64,000 nt of DNA, taken from positions 27,827-91,826 of the forward strand of contig JAVHNX010000033.1 in the NCBI GenBank assembly GCA_036169735.1, given 5' to 3'. Shown here in pieces: positions 1-8,332 of the stretch (position 1 is its first letter; each line of letters starts with the position of its first letter). A program made the translations under genes and the position numbers. This DNA is from Minisyncoccota bacterium. Its GTDB lineage: Bacteria; Patescibacteriota; Minisyncoccia; Phycocordibacterales; UBA9973. Below the pieces are notes generated by a model, which worked only from the letters and a program-made list of their open reading frames with translations, ran no database searches and was not told where the DNA came from.

Positions 1-71
1 ATAACTAAAAGAACTATAGAAAAAAATTATACTCCCGTGGAATATATTGTCAATATTAAATTAACAAAAAT

Positions 72-103
72 AAAACGCACTCCTATTTTGGAATGCGTTT
101 TTT
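72..103 (-). terminator. Intrinsic terminator downstream of GreA-like gene
   Basis: aaaacgcactcc...ggaatgcgtttt hairpin with A/T tracts on both sides. Confidence 0.65.
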
Positions 104-120
104 TATTTTTGTTTAAACCA

Positions 121-666
121 TTAAACCATTACTTCTGCTTCTGTTTTTGTTTCTACTGTTATTTTCTGATTAACCGGGAAGAAAATTTCCTTAGCCTCTG
201 AATAAGGTATTAGGCCTGTAATCTCAAAAGAGCGAAGTGAACCAGCTGCTCTGTAAGTTACTGTTTTACCTATTTGCTGACCAATTAAAGCCATACCAAA
301 CGGCGAATCTGATGGAATTATTTTATGATTTGCTGGTAGTTTGATTTCTAAACTAACCGGCCCTTCAAGAAATATTACATGTTCAGTTTCTTTATTTCCA
401 TCAATGTGACCTTTAAAAGCATTACCAACTAATCCATTGATTATTTGATCTTCAGGAATAAAAGATGGACGATTCAACAATTGCTGAATTTTTTGTATTT
501 TGGAATAGGCTAATTCTGGTTCGATTTCCTGTCCTAAAAAAATATTTTTTTCTCCTAATTCCTTCATCTGGTTTAGAAGATACTTTTTTGTGCTATCAGT
601 GATAGCTTTTACATTTGGTGCAGGAGTTGTGTTCATCACTGCGTTTTTACGGCTAATCTTTGTCAT
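121..666 (-). CDS. GreA/GreB-family C-terminal domain protein (divergent)
   Basis: C-terminal IPSDSPFGMALIGQQIGKTVTY resembles the GreA IS..SP.G.ALLG..GD.V motif; no recognisable GDLSENAEY acidic tip. Confidence 0.6.
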   Translation of the reverse strand: MTKISRKNAVMNTTPAPNVKAITDSTKKYLLNQMKELGEKNIFLGQEIEPELAYSKIQKIQQLLNRPSFIPEDQIINGLVGNAFKGHIDGNKETEHVIFLEGPVSLEIKLPANHKIIPSDSPFGMALIGQQIGKTVTYRAAGSLRSFEITGLIPYSEAKEIFFPVNQKITVETKTEAEVMV

Positions 667-767
667 AAGCTTTGGTTTTTAGTTTATTTATTTATTTGTC
701 AATTTTCAAGATATCTACTATATAAAAATATAGCCATTGTGTCAATATAAAAAAATTATTTTTTTGG

Positions 768-1820
768 TTAGTCTTCTAGTTTGGGTTTTTCGAGTTCTAG
801 GGTTGAGAGCTCGGGAGAAGATCCAGCTATGCGTAAGACATCTTTATCTATCTTTTTAAGTTCTTTATTTGAAGCATTATAATGATTGATAACTGTCGAA
901 AGGGAATTACCAAGCTTTACATGATACTCATCATAAGATTTTAAATGTTTTCCTAGATCTTCCACTTTCTTTATTATCTCTTTTGCAGATTCTTCTATTT
1001 GTAGTGCCTTGAGGCCCTGTAAGACAGTCTGTAGGTACGCAAGGAAAGAAGTGGGGCTCGTAATGATAACTTTGTATTTTCCAGCAGCACGTTGGATAAG
1101 GTTTTCATTTTCATCATCTTTTAATCCACCGATTTTATTTACAAGTAAATCATAATAGATAGCTTCATGCGGAATAAACATAAAAGCGAAGTCTGTCGTA
1201 CCTTGAGCGGGTTGGACATATTTGGCAGTTTCAACAATTCTATTTTTTAAATCACTTACAAAAATTTTCTCGTACTTGTCTTTTTCTTCTGCACTTTTAC
1301 TTTCTATCATTCGATTGTAATTCTCGAGAGAGAATTTTGAGTCGATAGGAATTATTTTATCTTTTACAAAAACTACAGCATCTACGATGGTGCCATCAGG
1401 AAAAGGGTACTGCATTTGATAGCTTCCGGGTGGTAGAACATTTTTTAAAACTGTTTCCAAATAATACTCACCAAGGATTCCACGTTGTTTTGGGTTCTTT
1501 AATATATCTTGCAAGCTTTGGAGCTGGTCAGCAAAAGAAATGACTTGTTTATTTGTCTCATCAAGCCTAGTAAGTCTTTCTGTGACATCTCGGATTATTT
1601 TATTTGATTCAATAGAATGAAAACGTAAACTTTCATTTACTTGTTTGTGTGATTCACCGATACGAGTGTCGACAGTTCTAGATATTTCATTTAGTTGAGT
1701 TAAAATGAGTTGAAGGCCAACATCACTATTTTCATTGTTTTTGTCTTTTTTATTTAATAGCAAGTAAACAAGGATTCCTCCTCCTAAAATTCCTATAATA
1801 ATCCAAGAAATATTTTCCAT
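768..1820 (-). CDS. rmuC: DNA recombination protein RmuC
   Basis: N-terminal TM helix, coiled coil, NPKQRGILGE, IPIDSKF, TTDFAFMFIPHE, SPTS motifs. Confidence 0.9.
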   Translation of the reverse strand: MENISWIIIGILGGGILVYLLLNKKDKNNENSDVGLQLILTQLNEISRTVDTRIGESHKQVNESLRFHSIESNKIIRDVTERLTRLDETNKQVISFADQLQSLQDILKNPKQRGILGEYYLETVLKNVLPPGSYQMQYPFPDGTIVDAVVFVKDKIIPIDSKFSLENYNRMIESKSAEEKDKYEKIFVSDLKNRIVETAKYVQPAQGTTDFAFMFIPHEAIYYDLLVNKIGGLKDDENENLIQRAAGKYKVIITSPTSFLAYLQTVLQGLKALQIEESAKEIIKKVEDLGKHLKSYDEYHVKLGNSLSTVINHYNASNKELKKIDKDVLRIAGSSPELSTLELEKPKLED

Positions 1821-1821
1821 T

Positions 1822-2556
1822 TTATTTTTTTAGATAATATTTAAGTGTATAAATCCAATCTTCATCGACTTGGTCACTTTCGAGTTTTTGTTTCAAAAGC
1901 CATTCAAGGTAACTCGGATCAATTTTAACAACTTCTTCCAAGGTCTTGCCTATGTGTTTTCCAAATGGGATAGAGCGTAATAGGGAAGGGCGAGAAGTAA
2001 TGTCTATCATTTTTTGGATAGCTTCAGACCCTGATAAATTTTCACTTTCCATTATCTTAGTATTTAGTCTGTCGAAAAGTTTTTCTAAGACCATCACATC
2101 ACCAAGAGCATCGTGAGCAGTAGCTTCAATGTCGAGGTCGAGGAAGTAACGTAAATATTGTAAATTATATTTACCTATTTTTCCTTCTGGATCTAGATGA
2201 CGAGCTACTTTTAAAGTACAAATAAAATTTTTAGGAATAATGTTTTCGTTTTTAATCATCATTACGTCAAAACTAGCATTGTGTGCGACTAAGACTGAAT
2301 TTTTATCTTCAAAAAGTTTCTTGATATTTTGGAAATCTGGACTTTCACTGAAAGAAAGTTTGTCTGCAACCATCTTGTTCGTAATGTGATGCACAGCAGA
2401 GGATTCGGGTGGAATCTTAATAGGAGGTTTGTAAAGACCATTGAAAGTTTCTCCTGCCTGCGCAGGCAGGTCGCCCACTTTGTAGGCAATTTGGCAGATG
2501 TAATCCTTTTCGGTAACACCTGTGGTCTCTGTATCAAAAAATATTATTTTAGACAT
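1822..2556 (-). CDS. DEDDh 3'-5' exonuclease (exonuclease X-like)
   Basis: FDTETTG, AHNASFD, AHDALGD motifs; C-terminal PFGKH..G...YLEWL. Confidence 0.85.
   Translation of the reverse strand: MSKIIFFDTETTGVTEKDYICQIAYKVGDLPAQAGETFNGLYKPPIKIPPESSAVHHITNKMVADKLSFSESPDFQNIKKLFEDKNSVLVAHNASFDVMMIKNENIIPKNFICTLKVARHLDPEGKIGKYNLQYLRYFLDLDIEATAHDALGDVMVLEKLFDRLNTKIMESENLSGSEAIQKMIDITSRPSLLRSIPFGKHIGKTLEEVVKIDPSYLEWLLKQKLESDQVDEDWIYTLKYYLKK
2453..2470. repeat. Perfect 18-bp GC-rich palindrome, in frame (LPAQAG) in exonuclease gene
   Basis: cctgcctgcgcaggcagg equals its own reverse complement. Confidence 0.85.
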
Positions 2557-2588
2557 AATGCTATTTTATCATATATAGTATTTATGAT

Positions 2589-2709
2589 ACAATAATCCAA
2601 GAAATATCATTTCTTATAAAGCACACATATTTGTCTGCTGACAAATTGCTCTACTCGGCCCGTCGGCCTGCGTAAGGCTTTCTAATAAATATATTTCTTA
2701 GATTATTGT
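2589..2709. repeat. Long imperfect inverted repeat enclosing two small hairpins (MITE-like or structured RNA)
   Basis: Arms 2589-2622 and 2677-2709 pair with about 3 mismatches and one bulge; inner atttgtc-tgct-gacaaat and ggcc-cgtc-ggcc. Confidence 0.75.
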
Positions 2710-2748
2710 TGTGTGTTATTTACTAGGTTTTAATATTACTTAAATTAT

Positions 2749-3198
2749 ATGTTACATGAACAAATAAAAAGTGGAATAAAAGAAGCGATGATGGCTAGAG
2801 ATTCTGTAAGACTCGAGGTTCTTCGTGGTCTTGTTACAGCATTTACCAATGAGCTTGTTGCTACAAATCGTACTCCTCAAGATTTCCTTACTGATGAACA
2901 AGCATTGGCTGTCATTACTCGAGCCTCAAAACAACGCAAAGATTCAATCGAACAATTTACTAAAGGTGGACGCGCAGATTTAGCTGATGCAGAAAAAGCC
3001 CAGCTTGCTATATTGGATACATACTTGCCCGCATTGATGGATAAGAGTGAAGTAGAAAAAATAGCCAAAGCAAAGAAAGACGAATTAAATATTACTGACG
3101 CTACAAAAAAGGGAATGCTTATGTCTGCTCTTATGAAGGATTTGAAAGGTAAGGCTGATGGTATGGTAGTAAAAGAAGTAGTAGATGCTCTATTCTAA
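2749..3198 (+). CDS. GatB/YqeY domain protein
   Basis: KEAMMARD, KQRKDSIEQFTKGGRADLA, YLP, KGKADG motifs. Confidence 0.9.
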   Translation: MLHEQIKSGIKEAMMARDSVRLEVLRGLVTAFTNELVATNRTPQDFLTDEQALAVITRASKQRKDSIEQFTKGGRADLADAEKAQLAILDTYLPALMDKSEVEKIAKAKKDELNITDATKKGMLMSALMKDLKGKADGMVVKEVVDALF

Positions 3199-3207
3199 AT
3201 TTACAAT

Positions 3208-3813
3208 ATGCATACTGTAAATTTTCTAAAACATTTGGTGGAAGGTTATGAAGTTTGGGCGTATGCTTTGATTCTTTTTGGTATTATTTTTGAGGGAGAG
3301 TTTATAATTATATGCACAGGAATTCTTGCATATCTAGGAGTACTAGATGTTTACACAGCTTTTATTTTTATTTTGTGTGGAGGTCTTGGAAAAACATTTT
3401 TAGGATACTATATCGGTGTCCTTGTTAATAGAAAATGGAAAGATAAAAAATTTATAAAATATATTGAACGTAGAGTTTCTTTTGTAATGCCTCATTTTGA
3501 CGAGAAACCTTTTTGGTCAATCTTTATTTCTAAATTTATTTTAGGAGTGAATCATGTAGTCATAATTTTTTCAGGTTTTAAAAAAATATCCTTAAAAATA
3601 TATCTAAAAGCAGAACTTATCACGACAGCGATTTGGGCTCCCGGTTTCTTTTCATTAGGTTTCTTCTTTGGTTATACGGCGCTAAGTATAAGTAAAGAAA
3701 TCTGGAGATTTTCTCTTGTAGTATTGCTTTTGGTAATAGGTTTTATTATTTTTGATAAATTGGTCGGGTGGATTTATGAGCTTTTTGAATTATCTTATGA
3801 CGATAAACAATAA
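3208..3813 (+). CDS. DedA-family membrane protein
   Basis: IIFEGE, GYYIG, FISKFILG pattern; several TM segments. Confidence 0.75.
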   Translation: MHTVNFLKHLVEGYEVWAYALILFGIIFEGEFIIICTGILAYLGVLDVYTAFIFILCGGLGKTFLGYYIGVLVNRKWKDKKFIKYIERRVSFVMPHFDEKPFWSIFISKFILGVNHVVIIFSGFKKISLKIYLKAELITTAIWAPGFFSLGFFFGYTALSISKEIWRFSLVVLLLVIGFIIFDKLVGWIYELFELSYDDKQ

Positions 3814-4702
3814 TAAAATAGTAACGCACAATAATTCTTTTCATGCAGATGATATTTTTGCATGTGCATCTTTTTCCCTTTTGTTTGAAAAGAGAGGGGA
3901 GACTTTTGAAGTTATCCGAACGAGAGATGCAGAATTAATAAAAAATGCTGATTATGTTTTTGATGTAGGTGGCATATATGACCCAGTGTTAAAAAGATTT
4001 GATCATCATCAGGTAGGAGGTGCAGGTAAAAGATCAAATGGTATAGAATATTCTTCTTTTGGCTTGGTGTGGAAAGAGTACGGCAAAGAAATCGCGGGTA
4101 ATATAGAAGTACAAAATTTTATTGAACAAAAACTCGTCTTGCCTGTAGATGCAAATGATAATGGAATAGATTTATATAAAACAAATTTCGAAAATATTTC
4201 TCCATATAAAATAAATGATATTTTTGCTATTTTTGCTCCGACAGCATTAGAAAAATTTAATAAAGATGAACAGTTTTTGAAAGCTGTTGTTTGGGCAAAA
4301 GAAATACTAACTAGAGAAATTAAAAAGGCGAATGATGAAATAGAGATTAAAAAAATTATTCAAAATTTTTACGAAAACAGTGAAGACAAAAGATTGGTTG
4401 TTGTAGACGAACCTAGAGTTTCTAGATATGAGATCTGGAATGCACTGCAGGATTTTAATTCACCACTTTTTGCTGTTTATGGTGATGGTGAAGATTGGTC
4501 TATCGTTGCTATGAGAAGGGAAATGAATAGTCACCAAAATAGGAAAGACCTACCGAGTTCGTGGGCTGGATTAAAAGATGAAGATCTTCAAAAAATAACA
4601 GGAGTGCCAGATGCTATCTTTTGTCATCGAGGGCTTTTCCTTGCTGGGGCTAAAAGTAAAGAGGGGGCTATTAAATTGGCAAAAATTGTGTTAGAATCAT
4701 AA
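3797..4702 (+). CDS. MYG1-family (DHH-like) protein
   Basis: THNNSFHADD, RTRD, DVGG, FDHHQ, FCH motifs; start moved to ATG 3797. Confidence 0.9.
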   Translation: MTINNNKIVTHNNSFHADDIFACASFSLLFEKRGETFEVIRTRDAELIKNADYVFDVGGIYDPVLKRFDHHQVGGAGKRSNGIEYSSFGLVWKEYGKEIAGNIEVQNFIEQKLVLPVDANDNGIDLYKTNFENISPYKINDIFAIFAPTALEKFNKDEQFLKAVVWAKEILTREIKKANDEIEIKKIIQNFYENSEDKRLVVVDEPRVSRYEIWNALQDFNSPLFAVYGDGEDWSIVAMRREMNSHQNRKDLPSSWAGLKDEDLQKITGVPDAIFCHRGLFLAGAKSKEGAIKLAKIVLES

Positions 4703-4704
4703 AC

Positions 4705-5700
4705 ATGGCTTTTATAGATGAAATAAATATACACGCAGAGGCAGGACGAGGTGGTGATGGAGTAGTCCGTTGGCGTCAGGAAAAATTCGTACCCAAGGGT
4801 GGCCCTGCAGGAGGAGACGCTGGACGCGGAGGTAATTTCTTCGTGGAAACAGTACGCGATGTAAGTATTCTCTCTAAATACAAAATGAAAAAAGACTTTA
4901 TCGCAGAACGCGGTGAAGATGGAGCAAAGAAAAGTCTACACGGTAAAAACGGTGAAGATTTTGTTTTAGAATTACCTATCGGTTCTATTGTTACAAATAG
5001 AAAGACTGGTGAAAAACTATCACTTTTTAATGAAGGAGAAAAGATAATGCTTTTGAAGGGTGGTTATGGTGGTTATGGTAATGAGCATTTCAAGAGTTCT
5101 ACCAATACAACTCCGGAAGAATTCAATCCTGGCCAAGAAGGTGAACAAGGAGATTTTCATATTGAACTTGAACTTTTTGCTGATATCGGACTTGTTGGTC
5201 TACCGAATGCTGGTAAGTCTTCTTTGTTGAATGCTCTTACAAATGCTGAAGCAAAAGTGGGGGATTATGCTTTTACTACTCTTGATCCAAACTTGGGAGA
5301 ATTTTACGGTTACATTATTGCTGATATCCCAGGAATCATTGAAGGTGCTTCTGAAGGAAAAGGTCTCGGTGTTAAATTTTTGAAACATATCAAACGTACA
5401 AAAATGCTTGCACATCTTATCTCTTTTGAAAATGCGAACATGATGAAAGTCTACAAAGAGATCCGTAATGAGCTTGAATCTTATGATCAGAACAATAATC
5501 TGACAGATGTTGGTCTTTCTTCTAAAGAAGAAATAATTCTTCTTACAAAGACAGACGTAGTAGAAGAACCTGAACTTATCGAAAAAAGAAAACAGGAATT
5601 TGAAAAACTTGGTAAAAAAGTTTTTGTTATTTCTCTATTTGATGATGCTTCAGTAAAAGGATTCAGAGATGAACTAGTAAAAATCTTAAAGAAAAAATAA
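4705..5700 (+). CDS. obgE: GTPase ObgE
   Basis: Gly-rich Obg N-terminal domain, GLPNAGKSS, FTTL.PNLG, DIPGIIEGA, TKTD. Confidence 0.95.
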   Translation: MAFIDEINIHAEAGRGGDGVVRWRQEKFVPKGGPAGGDAGRGGNFFVETVRDVSILSKYKMKKDFIAERGEDGAKKSLHGKNGEDFVLELPIGSIVTNRKTGEKLSLFNEGEKIMLLKGGYGGYGNEHFKSSTNTTPEEFNPGQEGEQGDFHIELELFADIGLVGLPNAGKSSLLNALTNAEAKVGDYAFTTLDPNLGEFYGYIIADIPGIIEGASEGKGLGVKFLKHIKRTKMLAHLISFENANMMKVYKEIRNELESYDQNNNLTDVGLSSKEEIILLTKTDVVEEPELIEKRKQEFEKLGKKVFVISLFDDASVKGFRDELVKILKKK

Positions 5701-5703
5701 TTT

Positions 5704-5967
5704 ATGAAAATTTCAGGATCATTTATAACAATGCTTCTTGTTTGGGCTTTAGGATTTACTCATTTTCTTGGTGGCCCATATTTACTTTTTAAAGTAATCT
5801 TTTGGATTGTTATATTGCCTTACCTTGTAACTGGTTTGATATTACTTATTGTGTTTTTTAAAGCGAAAAATATTTTGAAAACAACACACAAAAGACAGTC
5901 CTCAGTAAACTCTAGTGGTAGTACCTCCCATGAAACTATTCACGTTGAAGCTACAATAAAAGAGTAA
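5704..5967 (+). CDS. Small hypothetical membrane protein
   Basis: Two hydrophobic segments; fills the gap between obgE and gatB. Confidence 0.6.
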   Translation: MKISGSFITMLLVWALGFTHFLGGPYLLFKVIFWIVILPYLVTGLILLIVFFKAKNILKTTHKRQSSVNSSGSTSHETIHVEATIKE

Positions 5968-6009
5968 GGACTTTTTAAAAAAATATAGAAATATGCTATT
6001 ATGTTAGCT

Positions 6010-7452
6010 ATGGAAAGGAAATATTACACGACAATCGGATTGGAAATACACGCAGAACTAAAAACAATTACAAAGATGTTTTGTAGTTGCAAGAATGATC
6101 CTGATGAAGAAAAACCTAATCTAAATATTTGCCCTGTGTGTATGGCACATCCGGGTACTTTGCCTGTGGTAAATAAAAAGGCTGTCGAGCAAGTTATTAA
6201 AGTTGGACTTGCATTAGGATCCACTATTGCAGATTTTACTGAGTTCGACCGAAAGAATTATTTTTATCCAGATATTCCAAAAGGTTATCAGATTTCACAA
6301 TTCAAATACCCGATAGTCTCAGGTGGGCGTCTTGCAAATATGGATCTCACTCGCATACACCTCGAAGAAGATACTGCTAATAATAAACATTTTGATGGTG
6401 CTAGTGGTGGATACTCATTGATTGATTTCAATCGTGCCGGTGTGCCATTGATGGAACTTGTGACCGAAGCTCATACTTTTGAAAATCCTGATGATGCCGC
6501 TAAGGCTGCTTCAGTTTTTGCGAAAGAATATCAGATGATACTTTGGTATCTTGGTGCCTCTGAAGCGAATATGGAGAAAGGTGAGATGCGTGTAGAGGCC
6601 AATGTCTCTGTTTCACCTGATAAAGATAAAAAATGGGAAGCGTATGTAGAAGTAAAAAATCTTAACTCATTTAGAACTGTTGAAAAGGCTATAAAGTACG
6701 AAGTAGAAAGAATGATAGAACTTTTTGAAACTGGTAGAGAAAGTGAAATAGTAAAAGAGACTCGTGGCTGGGATGATGCAAAACAGAAAACATTTTCTCA
6801 GAGAAAAAAAGAATCCAGTCAGGATTACCGATATTTCCCAGATCCGGATATTACAAAGTTCAAACTACATGAAGTTTTTGATATTGAGGAATTAAAGAAA
6901 GGATTGCCAGAATTGCCTTCTGAAATGCGTTCACGTTATACAAATAATTTTGGTATTAAAGATGAGGACGTAGAAGTATACATCAATGATCCAGTATTAG
7001 GATCTTGGTTTGAAAAAGTAGCTACTATTCTTATAGTGCCTGAAAAGTTAAAAACAGCTTCAAATTTCATTACTTCTGATTATTTAGGATTGAAGAAGAT
7101 TAATGCGGAAGTCCGACTTCCTCAAGCTGAGAATTTTGCTGAACTGATAAATTTATTCACAGATAATAAAATATCTTCCAGAGTAGCAAAAGATATTTTG
7201 GCTATCATTGTGCTCCATGATGAATCACCATTGAAAATTGCTACCGAAAAAGATCTGTTACAGAAAAATGATACAGGTGCAATAAAAACTATTGCAGAAA
7301 AGGTTGTTTCAGAAAATCCTGAAGTAGTGGCTACTTATAGGGGTGGAAAAGAAAATGCCATTATGTCTCTCGTAGGAAAAATCATAAAAGAAAGTAATGG
7401 TAGTGCAAACCCTAAAATAGTTATTGAAATCTTGAAAGATTTGCTAAAATAA
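6010..7452 (+). CDS. gatB: Asp/Glu-tRNA amidotransferase subunit B
   Basis: IGLEIHAEL, RKNYFYPD, HLEED, DYRYFPDPD; start placed 7 nt after a TGcTATTAT box. Confidence 0.95.
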   Translation: MERKYYTTIGLEIHAELKTITKMFCSCKNDPDEEKPNLNICPVCMAHPGTLPVVNKKAVEQVIKVGLALGSTIADFTEFDRKNYFYPDIPKGYQISQFKYPIVSGGRLANMDLTRIHLEEDTANNKHFDGASGGYSLIDFNRAGVPLMELVTEAHTFENPDDAAKAASVFAKEYQMILWYLGASEANMEKGEMRVEANVSVSPDKDKKWEAYVEVKNLNSFRTVEKAIKYEVERMIELFETGRESEIVKETRGWDDAKQKTFSQRKKESSQDYRYFPDPDITKFKLHEVFDIEELKKGLPELPSEMRSRYTNNFGIKDEDVEVYINDPVLGSWFEKVATILIVPEKLKTASNFITSDYLGLKKINAEVRLPQAENFAELINLFTDNKISSRVAKDILAIIVLHDESPLKIATEKDLLQKNDTGAIKTIAEKVVSENPEVVATYRGGKENAIMSLVGKIIKESNGSANPKIVIEILKDLLK

Positions 7453-7456
7453 AAGT

Positions 7457-8323
7457 ATGAAAACTTTAAGAGAATATATCAAAGAGGCAGATGAAAAGGG
7501 AGTTGCCATTGGGCATTTTAATATTTCAAATTTAGAAGCATTGCATGGTATTTATAATGCTGCAAAGAAATTAAATGTACCGGTAATTATTGGACTTTCA
7601 GAAGGAGAAGAAAAATTTGCTGGATTGGAGGAAGTTTATGTATTAGTAAATGAAATTCGTACTCGTGATAACTACCCGATCTTTTTAAATGCGGATCATC
7701 ATGCGAGTTTCGAATCAGTTAAAAAATGTATTGATGTCGGTTTTGATATGGTTATCATTGATGCTGCGAAATTACCTTTTGATGAAAATGTAAAAGTTAC
7801 TAAACAATGTGTAGATTATGCTCGTGAAGTTTCAAAAAATACTGGACGGGATATTTTAGTCGAAGCGGAGCTAGGTTTTATTGGTTCTGGATCAGTTATT
7901 CGAGAGAGCGTACCAGAGGGTGCAGGAATTTTAACAACACCCGAAGATGCAAAGAAATTTGTAGATGCTACTGGTATTGATTTATTTGCGCCATCTGTCG
8001 GTAGTATTCATGGATTGATCAAGACCGGTAAGCCTCATATTAATGCAGAGCTTGTCACAGAAATTAAAAAAATAACAGGTATTCCTCTTGTGCTTCATGG
8101 TGGTTCAGGTTTGCGTGATGAAGATTTTACCAATGCTATAAAATCTGGTATTTCAATTGTACATATTAACAGTGAAATCCGTTTAGCTTTCAGACAAGCT
8201 ATCGAGCAATCATTGAAAGATCTTCCAGATGAAATAACTCCAGCTAAAATTTTACAACCTGCCGTGGATGCTATTGAAGCAGTGGTGGAAGCTAGATTAA
8301 AATTATTTAATATGATTCAATAA
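7457..8323 (+). CDS. fba: Class II fructose-bisphosphate aldolase
   Basis: NADH, VEAELG, GSIHG, LVLHGGSG motifs. Confidence 0.9.
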   Translation: MKTLREYIKEADEKGVAIGHFNISNLEALHGIYNAAKKLNVPVIIGLSEGEEKFAGLEEVYVLVNEIRTRDNYPIFLNADHHASFESVKKCIDVGFDMVIIDAAKLPFDENVKVTKQCVDYAREVSKNTGRDILVEAELGFIGSGSVIRESVPEGAGILTTPEDAKKFVDATGIDLFAPSVGSIHGLIKTGKPHINAELVTEIKKITGIPLVLHGGSGLRDEDFTNAIKSGISIVHINSEIRLAFRQAIEQSLKDLPDEITPAKILQPAVDAIEAVVEARLKLFNMIQ

Positions 8324-8332
8324 AATATTTTT

